From an uncultured Gammaproteobacteria bacterium (GTDB taxonomy: Bacteria > Patescibacteriota > Patescibacteriia > Magasanikbacterales > UBA10003), in assembly GCA_964365025.1 (NCBI GenBank), contig CAYIOJ010000003.1, positions 1-49,594 on the forward strand: 49,594 bases of DNA, in the 5' to 3' direction. Made by a program: the position numbers and the translations under genes. The notes under the pieces were generated by a model, which saw nothing but the letters and a program-made list of their open reading frames with translations, was not told the origin of the DNA and made no database searches. Shown here in pieces: positions 10,118 through 17,751 of this stretch. The first letter of the stretch is position 1; the number at the start of each line of letters is the position of its first letter.

Positions 10118-11206
10118 TTAAAATGCCTGTGAAAGAGAATACATCGGCATGATTACGGAAATTGCCAATCCCGCCACCACAATGCCTAGGAAAATAATCA
10201 GCACAGGTTCAATGATGGTGGAGATATTTTTGAGTATTTGATCGATTTCTTCGTTATAATAAATTGATAATTCGTTTAATAAATCATCGGTGGTGCCGGA
10301 ACGTTCTCCCACCATAATCATTTGCGTGGCCAGAGGCGGAAACAGTTTGGGGTAAAATTCCAAAGAATCGGAAATGGTAACACCGGTTTTGACATTTTTG
10401 GAAGCCTCCAATACAGCATTTTTGTAATGAACATTACTCAACACGTCAGCCGTAATTTCCAGCGCCTCAATAATGGGTATGGCGCTTTTGGAAAGAGAGC
10501 TTAAAGTCAAAGTAAATCGCGCTAAATTCAATTGACGGGAAATTTTGCCAAAAATCGGGAGCTGCAGAATAAAGGCGTCCAAAGCCGAGCGTACTTTCGG
10601 CTTTTTTTTAAAATATATAAAAGCAATAATCATGGCGATCAAAAATATTACTACCCAAATTCCGTAATCAATCAAGAAAGCGCTGGTGGTCATGAGAATG
10701 CGCGTGGGTAATGGCAAGGGAACGTTCATTTCTTTGAACAGATCCAAAAGTTTTGGCAGAACAAACACCACCATTTCCACGCCAACGCCGGCCACAGCGA
10801 CCAAAACCACGATCGGATAAATCATGGCGCCGCGCACCTTGGAATTCAGTTCTTTATTTTTTTTCATTTGTTTAACAATCTCTGATAAACTTTCGTCCAA
10901 TTTGCCCGATATTTCGCCCGAGGCTAACATTTTTACGTAAATTGTTGGCATTAACTCCGGAAATTTGGTTAGAGTGTCGGCGAGAGTCGTGCCTTTTTCC
11001 ACTTCCCGCCCCACGGCTTCAATTATTTCTTTCAATTTGCGGCTGGGCGTTTGCGCGGCCAAAATGTGAAAGGCCTCGGTGATGGAAAGTCCGGCTTTAA
11101 GCATTACGCGCAAATTATCCATTAAAAAAATTTTTTGCGCCACGCTGATACGCTCAATTTTTTCAGAGATTTTTTGCCAAAGATTTTTGTTTTCTTTTTT
11201 GGGCAT
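10118..11206 (-). CDS. pilC: PilC / GspF-family type IV pilus platform protein
   Basis: Two repeats of the T2SS-F fold (ALE/GxS..G.L...L motifs, e.g. MLASGEISGKLDESL and MIMVGERSGTTDDLL) with 3 TM segments. Confidence 0.85.
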   Translation of the reverse strand: MPKKENKNLWQKISEKIERISVAQKIFLMDNLRVMLKAGLSITEAFHILAAQTPSRKLKEIIEAVGREVEKGTTLADTLTKFPELMPTIYVKMLASGEISGKLDESLSEIVKQMKKNKELNSKVRGAMIYPIVVLVAVAGVGVEMVVFVLPKLLDLFKEMNVPLPLPTRILMTTSAFLIDYGIWVVIFLIAMIIAFIYFKKKPKVRSALDAFILQLPIFGKISRQLNLARFTLTLSSLSKSAIPIIEALEITADVLSNVHYKNAVLEASKNVKTGVTISDSLEFYPKLFPPLATQMIMVGERSGTTDDLLNELSIYYNEEIDQILKNISTIIEPVLIIFLGIVVAGLAISVIMPMYSLSQAF

Positions 11207-11211
11207 ATATT

Positions 11212-12930
11212 TTAGTCGCGAGTGGCTTCAAGCACTTCTTCTAAAGAAGTCAAGCCGAGTTTGGCTTTAATTATGCCGTCTTGAAGCATGGTGGTGAAGC
11301 CATTTTTAATGGCGCCTTGCCGCAATTCTTCCACGCTGGCTTTTTTATTGATTAATTCGGCGATGGTTTTATTAACTTCCAGAGTTTCATAAATTCCCAG
11401 CCGGCCTTTGTAGCCTTCGCGGTTGCATTTTTGGCAGCCTTCCCCGCGATAAAATGTCCAGGATTTTAGAGTTGTGTCCCCGCTTTTTAAGCAATCATGT
11501 TTTTTAAATAATTCAATCATTTTTTTGGCATCCACTATTTTTTCCAAATCTGTGATGTTTTCAGCTGTTAATTTGTATTCTTTTTTGCAAAATGGGCAGA
11601 TTTTACGCACCAGACGTTGAGCCATAATCAGATTGGCGGTAAAAGCTACGAGAAACGACGGCACGCCCATGTCGAGCAATCGCGGCAGGGCCGTGGGAGC
11701 GTCATTAGTGTGCAGAGTCGAGAGCACCAAATGGCCGGTCAAGGCTGCGTGGGCTGAAATTTCAGCTGTTTCCGCATCGCGGATTTCGCCTACCATGATA
11801 ATGTCCGGATCCTGCCTCAAAAAGGCGCGGAGTCCTGTGGCAAAAGTATAACCCACTCGCGGTTGAATCTGGCTTTGGTTTATGCGCGGCATGTGATATT
11901 CAATCGGGTCTTCAATCGTAACAATGTTGACTCCCGGTTGGTTTAAAATATTTAAAACCGAATAGAGCGTGGTAGTTTTACCGGAGCCGGTTGGTCCGGT
12001 TACCAAAACCATGCCGTGCGGTTTGTTAATGGCGTCTTCAATTCTTTTTTTGTCATCAGGCAAAAATCCTAATTGATCCAAAGTCAGGGGCTTGGTGCTT
12101 TCCGGCAATAGACGCATGACTATTTTTTCACCGTCATAGACTGGCAAAATGGACACGCGCAAGGAAAGTTTTTCGTCTTGAATTTCAATTTTGATGCGGC
12201 CGTCCTGCGGCTGTTGGTGCTCGTCCAGTTTAAGATTGGCCAGAATTTTTATGCGGGCGATTATGCCGGCTTGCACGGCTTTGGGCAAGGTCATGACCTG
12301 TCGCAAGACCCCATCAATGCGATACCTAACGATCATTTCTTTTTCCATTGGTTCAATATGAATATCCGACGCTTTCTCAAACACCGCGTGCTCCAGGATG
12401 CTATTGACGATATTGATAATTGGCAAATCCTCGGCAATTTTTTTTAATTGTTTTTCATCGCCCGCTTCCTCTGATTTAATAATTTGCAATTCCGACTCCA
12501 GAGAGGCGTGGTATTTCCGTAAGACCTCTTTCAAAGAGCCGGGCGTTGTCAAATGCGCTTTTACCGCGAGTCCGGTTTTGCGTTTGATAAATTCCATGGT
12601 TTGCAGATCCAGAGGGTCTAAAACCGCGGCTTTTAATTCCTTGCCATCTTTCGCAAAAATAACCACTTGGCGGGCCACAGCCAAAGGGCTCGGAATAAGG
12701 GAAATTACTTCTTGCTTGATTTCACGGTTTTTCAGGTCAATAAAAGGCAAATCAAAATGATTGGCAATGGCTTGATACAGTGTTGTTTCATCAACGATAT
12801 TTTTGCTGATTAGGTATGATTCCAACGGCAAATGGGCTTTTTCCGCGGTTTTTATAGCAACACGCAATCCGGCTTCGTCTAGGATTTTTTTGTTTTTAAT
12901 GATTTTTTTTAGGATATCAACATTAATCAT
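11212..12930 (-). CDS. pilB: PilB / GspE-family type IV pilus assembly ATPase
   Basis: N-terminal GSPII_E_N-like domain, Walker A VTGPTGSGKTTTLYS, Asp box, Walker B IMVGEIRD, His box LVLSTLHTND, and a tetracysteine motif CPFC...CQKC. Confidence 0.92.
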   Translation of the reverse strand: MINVDILKKIIKNKKILDEAGLRVAIKTAEKAHLPLESYLISKNIVDETTLYQAIANHFDLPFIDLKNREIKQEVISLIPSPLAVARQVVIFAKDGKELKAAVLDPLDLQTMEFIKRKTGLAVKAHLTTPGSLKEVLRKYHASLESELQIIKSEEAGDEKQLKKIAEDLPIINIVNSILEHAVFEKASDIHIEPMEKEMIVRYRIDGVLRQVMTLPKAVQAGIIARIKILANLKLDEHQQPQDGRIKIEIQDEKLSLRVSILPVYDGEKIVMRLLPESTKPLTLDQLGFLPDDKKRIEDAINKPHGMVLVTGPTGSGKTTTLYSVLNILNQPGVNIVTIEDPIEYHMPRINQSQIQPRVGYTFATGLRAFLRQDPDIIMVGEIRDAETAEISAHAALTGHLVLSTLHTNDAPTALPRLLDMGVPSFLVAFTANLIMAQRLVRKICPFCKKEYKLTAENITDLEKIVDAKKMIELFKKHDCLKSGDTTLKSWTFYRGEGCQKCNREGYKGRLGIYETLEVNKTIAELINKKASVEELRQGAIKNGFTTMLQDGIIKAKLGLTSLEEVLEATRD

Positions 12931-12939
12931 AATGGCTAC

Positions 12940-12948
12940 ATTATATCA
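12940..12948 (-). promoter_or_regulatory. extended -10 (TGaTATAAT) 9 nt upstream of the pilB ATG
   Basis: The minus strand reads tgatataat-gtagccatt-ATG. No SD motif. Implies a leaderless or near-leaderless pilB mRNA. Confidence 0.4.
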
Positions 12949-12970
12949 TAATAGTGAATATAATAGTAAT

Positions 12971-13004
12971 TTTTAAAAAAGGCCTCCAACAGTTGCTGAA
13001 GGCC
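12971..13004 (-). terminator. intrinsic terminator after the high-GC gene 13023..13580
   Basis: The minus strand reads GGCCTTCA-gcaactgt-TGGAGGCC followed by TTTTTT. The one non-Watson-Crick position is G:U only on the minus-strand RNA. Confidence 0.65.
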
Positions 13005-13022
13005 GAGACGTCTCCTTTCGGG

Positions 13023-13580
13023 TTAGTCGGCAAAGACCCAGACGTGGCCGGGTTCAGAGTACTGGCCAGTCGGGTCATCGTAGTCAAGGTCGTTGCGGCC
13101 GGCTCTGGTCAGCGACTCCTTGGATAGATCAATGATTACTGGCCCACCGCTATTGTCCATGGCCACAATCCAGGTGTAGCCAATGCCATCGGGCAATTGT
13201 TTGCCGCAAGCCCTGGCAACTACACCGCACTCTTTCAGCAAGATGAAAAGCAGGGCGTGGTAGTAGCGGCAGCAGGCAATTCCCCAGGCCAGCGCGTAAG
13301 ACAAATTTCTCTGTGCCTCGGTAGGTTTGTGGACAAAGGCACGACAGTAATCCAGTTCTTGTTGGGTCTCGGCAGTGCTTTTGAGCAGTACGGCATTTCT
13401 GAACAAGGATGCCAGTACTTGTTCTTTGGCGACCGCGATGCGATCATTCAAATGGGGCATACTACGCCATTCTCCGGCGCGTCGGCAAAGATCCCGCAGA
13501 GCTTGGCCGTCATCAAGAAACACTCCGCAGATATTGGCTTCGCGCCAGTCCCTATTTACTGTGTGCGTTACGAATCCCAC
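13023..13580 (-). CDS. hypothetical protein in a high-GC patch (GTG start, strong SD)
   Basis: 185-aa ORF preceded by gaAGGAGaaggcc-GTG, with its own terminator. The ORF track shows 5 overlapping ORFs here, which indicates stop-codon-poor, GC-rich DNA. The segment GIACCRYYHALLFILLKECGVVAR faintly resembles a transglutaminase-like Cys core. No confident family call. Confidence 0.6.
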   Translation of the reverse strand: MGFVTHTVNRDWREANICGVFLDDGQALRDLCRRAGEWRSMPHLNDRIAVAKEQVLASLFRNAVLLKSTAETQQELDYCRAFVHKPTEAQRNLSYALAWGIACCRYYHALLFILLKECGVVARACGKQLPDGIGYTWIVAMDNSGGPVIIDLSKESLTRAGRNDLDYDDPTGQYSEPGHVWVFAD

Positions 13581-13683
13581 GGCCTTCTCCTTCTGTTGAA
13601 TTCGCTCTTTTCAGAGCGAGGTTGAGTAGATTATAGATGAATTAATAATTTTGTCAATCCGTACCCCCTTCCGCGCCTCCCTC

Positions 13684-13712
13684 TTGCCAAAATTTTAAGT
13701 CCGTGATATAGT
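13684..13712 (+). promoter_or_regulatory. sigma70-like promoter for rpsF-ssb-rpsR
   Basis: TTGCCA (13684-13689), 17-nt spacer, TATAGT (13707-13712). The rpsF ATG is at 13744. Confidence 0.5.
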
Positions 13713-13743
13713 AGTTTCACTGGATTATTTATTTTATTATCTT

Positions 13744-14175
13744 ATGCGAAAATACGATTGTTTATTCCTTTTGCCCGGCACTTTTTCCGACAGCGAAATA
13801 CCAGGCATCCTGGAAAATGTTAAGAGTATTTTGGCTGAATTTGGTGCGGAGAATCCGCAATTTGAGAATTTGGGTCGACAAAAATTGGCTTATCCGATCA
13901 AAGGCGGCCATTTTGCCCATATTGTCAATTCTTCTTTTTCTTTAGCTCCGGGGAAAGTGTCCGCTTTAAAAAGCAAAATGATTTTGGAGCCGTTTGTTTG
14001 GCGTTTTTTGCTTTCTGATTATCAGGCCAAAGAGGTTATCAGACGCCGTCCGACCCAACCGATGTCTGACAAGACTCCCGCCGTTTCGTCCAAAGAACCA
14101 AACAAAGGAGTTGATCTGAAAGCGATTGATAAAAAAATTGAGGAAATTTTGCAGCAGGACAATTTGGTGGTATAG
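13744..14175 (+). CDS. rpsF: 30S ribosomal protein S6
   Basis: MRKYDCLFLL...FENLGRQKLAYPIKG matches the S6 N-terminal pattern. Classic rpsF-ssb-rpsR gene order. Confidence 0.85.
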   Translation: MRKYDCLFLLPGTFSDSEIPGILENVKSILAEFGAENPQFENLGRQKLAYPIKGGHFAHIVNSSFSLAPGKVSALKSKMILEPFVWRFLLSDYQAKEVIRRRPTQPMSDKTPAVSSKEPNKGVDLKAIDKKIEEILQQDNLVV

Positions 14176-14211
14176 TAAAGTTAAGTGAAAATAATATTTT
14201 TTTGAAAAAAT

Positions 14212-14658
14212 ATGAATCTAAATCGCGCCATGATTATCGGCAACCTTACTCGCGATCCCGAGGCCCGCACCACTCCCACCGGTAAATCAGTCGTTTCCTT
14301 TGATGTGGCCACCAATCACTCTTGGACCAACAGCGCCGGCGTCAAGCAGGATGAAGTTGAATATCATCATATAGTGGCTTGGGCCAAATTGGCTGACATT
14401 TGCCGCCAATATTTGGGCAAGGGTCGCAAGGTTTATGTGGAGGGCCGTTTAAAAACTCGCGAATGGGTGGGTCAGGATGGAATCAAACGCACCCGCACGG
14501 AAATCATCGCTGATAATATGATAATGTTGGATCGGGGTCCCAGCGCCGGAGGAGCGACCCCGTCTTTTGCACCTGTTTCGGCAGTTAGCGCCGAAGTTGC
14601 GCCCGCAGTCCAGCCGGCTAATGAAGAAGAAATTAAAGTTGAAGATATTCCATTTTAA
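14212..14658 (+). CDS. ssb: single-stranded DNA-binding protein
   Basis: MNLNRAMIIGNLTRDPEARTTPTGKSVVSFDVA OB-fold start, and an acidic C-terminal tip EDIPF. Confidence 0.92.
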   Translation: MNLNRAMIIGNLTRDPEARTTPTGKSVVSFDVATNHSWTNSAGVKQDEVEYHHIVAWAKLADICRQYLGKGRKVYVEGRLKTREWVGQDGIKRTRTEIIADNMIMLDRGPSAGGATPSFAPVSAVSAEVAPAVQPANEEEIKVEDIPF

Positions 14659-14667
14659 AAATAACCT

Positions 14668-14898
14668 ATGATAAGAGGCAGAAAAAAAAGAACAGTTCCG
14701 AAAATTTGCTATTTTTGCGTTAATAATCTGAATAAGGCGGATTATAAAGATATTGCGTTGTTGCGCCGGTTTGTTTCTTCTTTTATGAAGATCGCTCCCA
14801 AGCGCCGCAGCGGTTTGTGCTCTATGCACCAGCGCAAAGTAGCCACGGCCATCAAGCGCGCGCGCGAAATGTCTCTGTTGCCGTATTTGCCGAGTTAA
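14668..14898 (+). CDS. rpsR: 30S ribosomal protein S18
   Basis: CYFCVNN...DYKDIALLRRFVS...KIAPKRRSGLCSMHQRKVATAIKRAREMSLLPY. Confidence 0.92.
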   Translation: MIRGRKKRTVPKICYFCVNNLNKADYKDIALLRRFVSSFMKIAPKRRSGLCSMHQRKVATAIKRAREMSLLPYLPS

Positions 14899-14925
14899 AT
14901 AAAAAATTAGTGGAAGTTTTTATGT

Positions 14926-14990
14926 TGTCATTCCCGCGAAAACGGGAATCCAGAATTAATCGCTGGATTCCCATTGTCATGGGAATGACA
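14926..14990. repeat. REP/MITE-like palindromic element: two inverted units TGTCATTCCC-N8-GGGAATCC
   Basis: Unit 1 is tgtcattcccgcgaaaacgggaatcc (14926-14951). Unit 2 is the reverse complement of ggattcccattgtcatgggaatgaca (14965-14990). Nested stems include ggaatccag/ctggattcc (14945-14953/14963-14971). Located in the rpsR-epmA spacer. Confidence 0.75.
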
Positions 14991-15000
14991 TTTTGATTTT

Positions 15001-16038
15001 ATGCGCTGGCAAGAATTGAAAAATAATGAAGTCGCCAAAGAAAAATTGCGTCAGCGCGGGATGATTTTAAAATCAATCCGCGAATTTTTTTGGCAAAACG
15101 GATTTTTAGAGGTGGAGACCCCTCTTTTGGTAAAAGACGGCAATTTGGAGCCGAATCTGGATTTATTCAAGACTGAATTGAAAGAAGTCGGTGGGGTAAA
15201 ACATAACGCATATTTAGTGACTTCGCCGGAGTATGGTTTAAAGAAACTTTTGGCCGCTGGTTTTCCCAAAATTTTTCAATTGGGCAAATGCTTTCGCAAT
15301 AGCGAACCCTGGGGCGGGGCGCATAATCCGGAATTTACCATGTTGGAATGGTATGAAGCCGGTGAGAATTATTTTGGATTGATGGACCGGGTGGAAGAAT
15401 TGTTCGCGTTTGTGATTGAGAAATGCGGTTTTAACAGTCATCCTGAATTTATTTCAGGATCCCCTTGGCTCCGTCTTTCCATGCGCGAGGCCTGGCAAAA
15501 ATACGCCGGCGCGGACTTGAACAATTTTTTAACTTATGATACAATGTTCGCGCTGGCAAAAGAGAAAAAGTGCACCGTTTCCGCTAGCGACGCCTGGGAC
15601 GACTTGTTTTTTAAAATTTTTTTGAGCGAAGTTGAGCCGCAAATCACGGTCGCAAACCAGCTGGTTTTTCTTTATGATTATCCAGTCCAGCTGGCCGCGC
15701 TATCTCGTGTTAAAAAAGACGACCCGCGCTATGCCGAACGGTTTGAACTCTACATCGGTGGCTTGGAGCTGGCCAATGCCTATTCGGAGTTGATTGACTG
15801 GCAAGAACAGGAAAAACGATTTCAAGATGATGTGCTGTTGCGGCAAAAATTAGACAAAGAAAAGATTGATTATGACCGCGATTTGATTGCCGCGTTAAAA
15901 TCCGGTTTGCCCGAATGCGCCGGAATTTCCGTGGGAGTCGATCGGTTGATAATGTTTTTAACCAATTCAAAAGATATGGAAGAGATAATGCCGTTCACGG
16001 CAAGTGAACTGTTTAAAAAATATGGCCTCGGTGAATGA
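15001..16038 (+). CDS. epmA: EF-P--(R)-beta-lysine ligase EpmA (GenX/PoxA, truncated class II LysRS paralog)
   Basis: FLEVETPLL, TSPEYGLKKLLAAGFPKIFQLGKCFRNSE, HNPEFTMLEWY and GISVGVDRL class II motifs with no anticodon-binding domain. Overlaps efp. Confidence 0.8.
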   Translation: MRWQELKNNEVAKEKLRQRGMILKSIREFFWQNGFLEVETPLLVKDGNLEPNLDLFKTELKEVGGVKHNAYLVTSPEYGLKKLLAAGFPKIFQLGKCFRNSEPWGGAHNPEFTMLEWYEAGENYFGLMDRVEELFAFVIEKCGFNSHPEFISGSPWLRLSMREAWQKYAGADLNNFLTYDTMFALAKEKKCTVSASDAWDDLFFKIFLSEVEPQITVANQLVFLYDYPVQLAALSRVKKDDPRYAERFELYIGGLELANAYSELIDWQEQEKRFQDDVLLRQKLDKEKIDYDRDLIAALKSGLPECAGISVGVDRLIMFLTNSKDMEEIMPFTASELFKKYGLGE

Positions 16039-16582
16039 AATTTCCAAAGAATCAATTTTGCGCCTGAATGGCGAAATTTATCTAGTGATGGATTCCCAGC
16101 ATGTGAACCCGGGCAAGGGCGCGGCTTTTGTGCGCACCAAATTGAAAAACATCAAAAGTAATAAAACCATTGAAATGACTTTTAAATCCAACGAGTCGGT
16201 GGAAATGGTGGAGGTGGAACGCCGCCGGATGCAGTATTTGTATAATAACAATGAGATGTATTCTTTCATGGACAATGAAAGCTATGAGCAGATTGAAATC
16301 AATGCTAGTTTGCTGGAAGACAAAAAGGAATTTTTAAAAGAGGGCTTGGAGGTGATGGTAATTAAATTTGCAGGTGTGCCCTTGAGCGTGAGCTTGCCGA
16401 TGAAGGTGACTTTTAAAATAGTAGAGGCCGAGCCGGGCGTGAAAGGCGATACGGCTTCGGGCAATGTTACTAAAGAAGCGACTATGGAAAATGGCACTAA
16501 AATCCGTGTTCCATTGTTTATCAAAGAAGGTGAGAATATTATCGTGAACACGGAAATTGGCGAATATGTGGAGAGGGCTTGA
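16022..16582 (+). CDS. efp: translation elongation factor P
   Basis: NPGKGAAFVRTKLKN loop with the modifiable Lys. Three-domain length of 186 aa. The start was set at ATG 16022 (MASVNEI...). Confidence 0.9.
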   Translation: MASVNEISKESILRLNGEIYLVMDSQHVNPGKGAAFVRTKLKNIKSNKTIEMTFKSNESVEMVEVERRRMQYLYNNNEMYSFMDNESYEQIEINASLLEDKKEFLKEGLEVMVIKFAGVPLSVSLPMKVTFKIVEAEPGVKGDTASGNVTKEATMENGTKIRVPLFIKEGENIIVNTEIGEYVERA

Positions 16583-16664
16583 CACACTCTGCTAAAAGTG
16601 ATAAAAAATAATCAACACAAAGCTGGGAATTGGTTCCAGCCTACAACCAACTAGGAGGAATATC

Positions 16665-17156
16665 ATGTTTCGCCGATGGTTCATTTGGTGCTTGGCGCTG
16701 GTGGTTCTGGGTGGCGCGACAATTACTTGTGCTGACTATGGCGCGGAAAAAAACCAATCCAAGGTCAAAATCCAAAGCGAGATTATCGCCGCCAAGTACG
16801 ATTACGCGGTGGTGGAGGATGTCACCCCCTCCAAGCGCCAGATCAGTGATCTGGAAATTGTTTCCTTCTTGAATGATGACGAAAGTTACATCAATGGCAC
16901 GGTGATGCGCGTCCGCGCCGTCATCCTCAAGGCCAACCTTGGCCTTGTTGACGCCAAACGCCTGCTGGACAACCAGGAGGAAATTCCGGTTGAATTCAGA
17001 AGCAAAGTGCTCGTCTTTACCGGCACACTCCTCCGCGATTCCGGCGGCCGCCTGCATGTCGCCTGCCTCTACTGGGGTGGCGGCCGTTGGTGCTTGCGCT
17101 TCGACTGGATTGACGGCGGCTTCTTCGGCGCCTGCCGTCTCCTCCGCGGTAAGTAG
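16665..17156 (+). CDS. hypothetical secreted protein in a high-GC patch (strong SD)
   Basis: ctAGGAGGaatatc-ATG. N-terminal signal-like segment FIWCLALVVLGGATITC. Trp/Gly/Cys-rich C-terminus. Four overlapping ORFs in the track mark GC-rich DNA. Followed by a 14-bp-stem terminator. Confidence 0.6.
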   Translation: MFRRWFIWCLALVVLGGATITCADYGAEKNQSKVKIQSEIIAAKYDYAVVEDVTPSKRQISDLEIVSFLNDDESYINGTVMRVRAVILKANLGLVDAKRLLDNQEEIPVEFRSKVLVFTGTLLRDSGGRLHVACLYWGGGRWCLRFDWIDGGFFGACRLLRGK

Positions 17157-17219
17157 TCACTCGGTCCCTAGGCGCTTCCACACCGAAGCCCTAGGTCGCT
17201 CGGCAACTCTGACTCTCAA

Positions 17220-17262
17220 CCCCCCTTCTTGATGTTCCATCAAGAAGGGGGGTTTATTTTTT
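17220..17262 (+). terminator. strong intrinsic terminator
   Basis: CCCCCTTCTTGATG-ttc-CATCAAGAAGGGGG (14 perfect bp) followed by gTTTaTTTTTTT. Confidence 0.85.
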
Positions 17263-17315
17263 TCTTGACTTTTTGTCAAAATTGTGGTAAAATTGAAGTA
17301 TAAAAGGTGAATCCT

Positions 17316-17564
17316 ATGAAATTTCGTCCAGCTTTGTTTTGGGATGTTGACCCCAAAAAACACGCTTAATACATTATTGAGCGGGTTTTGGATTTTGGCA
17401 ATGATAAAGAGATAAGGTGGGCATTGAAGACATATTCCATAAGACTAATAAAAAGTGTTGTGAAAAATACACGAGCAATGCTTGCAAGTCGAAAAAAATT
17501 CTGGGCAAAATTTTTAGGAATAAAAAATATAAAGATTTCAAACCATTTCCCGAATCCTAACTGA
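17316..17564 (+). pseudogene. small ORF interrupted by an in-frame TAA; resembles the LFWDVD...IIERVL family often found next to AbiEii-type genes
   Basis: ATG 17316 reads MKFRPALFWDVDPKKHA, then TAA (17367-17369), then the same frame continues YIIERVLDFGNDKEIRWALKTYSIRLIKSVVKNTRAMLASRKKFWAKFLGIKN... to TGA 17562-17564. The family assignment is from memory and is tentative. Confidence 0.4.
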
Positions 17565-17692
17565 TTTATTTTGTTGACGCTGAAAATGACCCTATACCCA
17601 AAAATTTTTTCAAAGCAAATTGGAAAGATGTAAAAAAATTTTTTCAAAAAGAAGCGGTGGCTTTGAGTAGACATCTGGTCGGTTTATCATGA
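17561..17692 (+). pseudogene. start-less ORF fragment, possible 3' remnant of a deleted gene
   Basis: The frame reads LIYFVDAENDPIPKNFFKANWKDVKKFFQKEAVALSRHLVGLS* with no start codon. It lies directly after the interrupted ORF. Confidence 0.25.
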
Positions 17693-17718
17693 CTTTTTTA
17701 TTGTTAATCTAAGATATT

Positions 17719-17750
17719 AAAAATCCCGATCAATTTGATCGGGATTTTTT
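17719..17750 (-). terminator. hairpin terminator directly after the recA stop (usable on both strands)
   Basis: aaaaatcccgatca-att-tgatcgggattttt, with A and T runs on both sides. Confidence 0.7.
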
Positions 17751-17751
17751 G

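Noticed and set aside
17367-17369. The in-frame TAA as a sign of stop-codon reassignment or programmed read-through
   Set aside because: TAA is used as an ordinary stop by many confident genes in this window, for example the hypothetical gene at 24191 and ruvB at 47383. A nonsense mutation in a decaying accessory gene is the simpler reading.
17366-17674. 102-aa minus-strand ORF
   Set aside because: It is a Phe/Ile/Lys-rich low-complexity translation of AT-rich DNA. It is antisense to a plus-strand reading frame with recognisable protein-like sequence.
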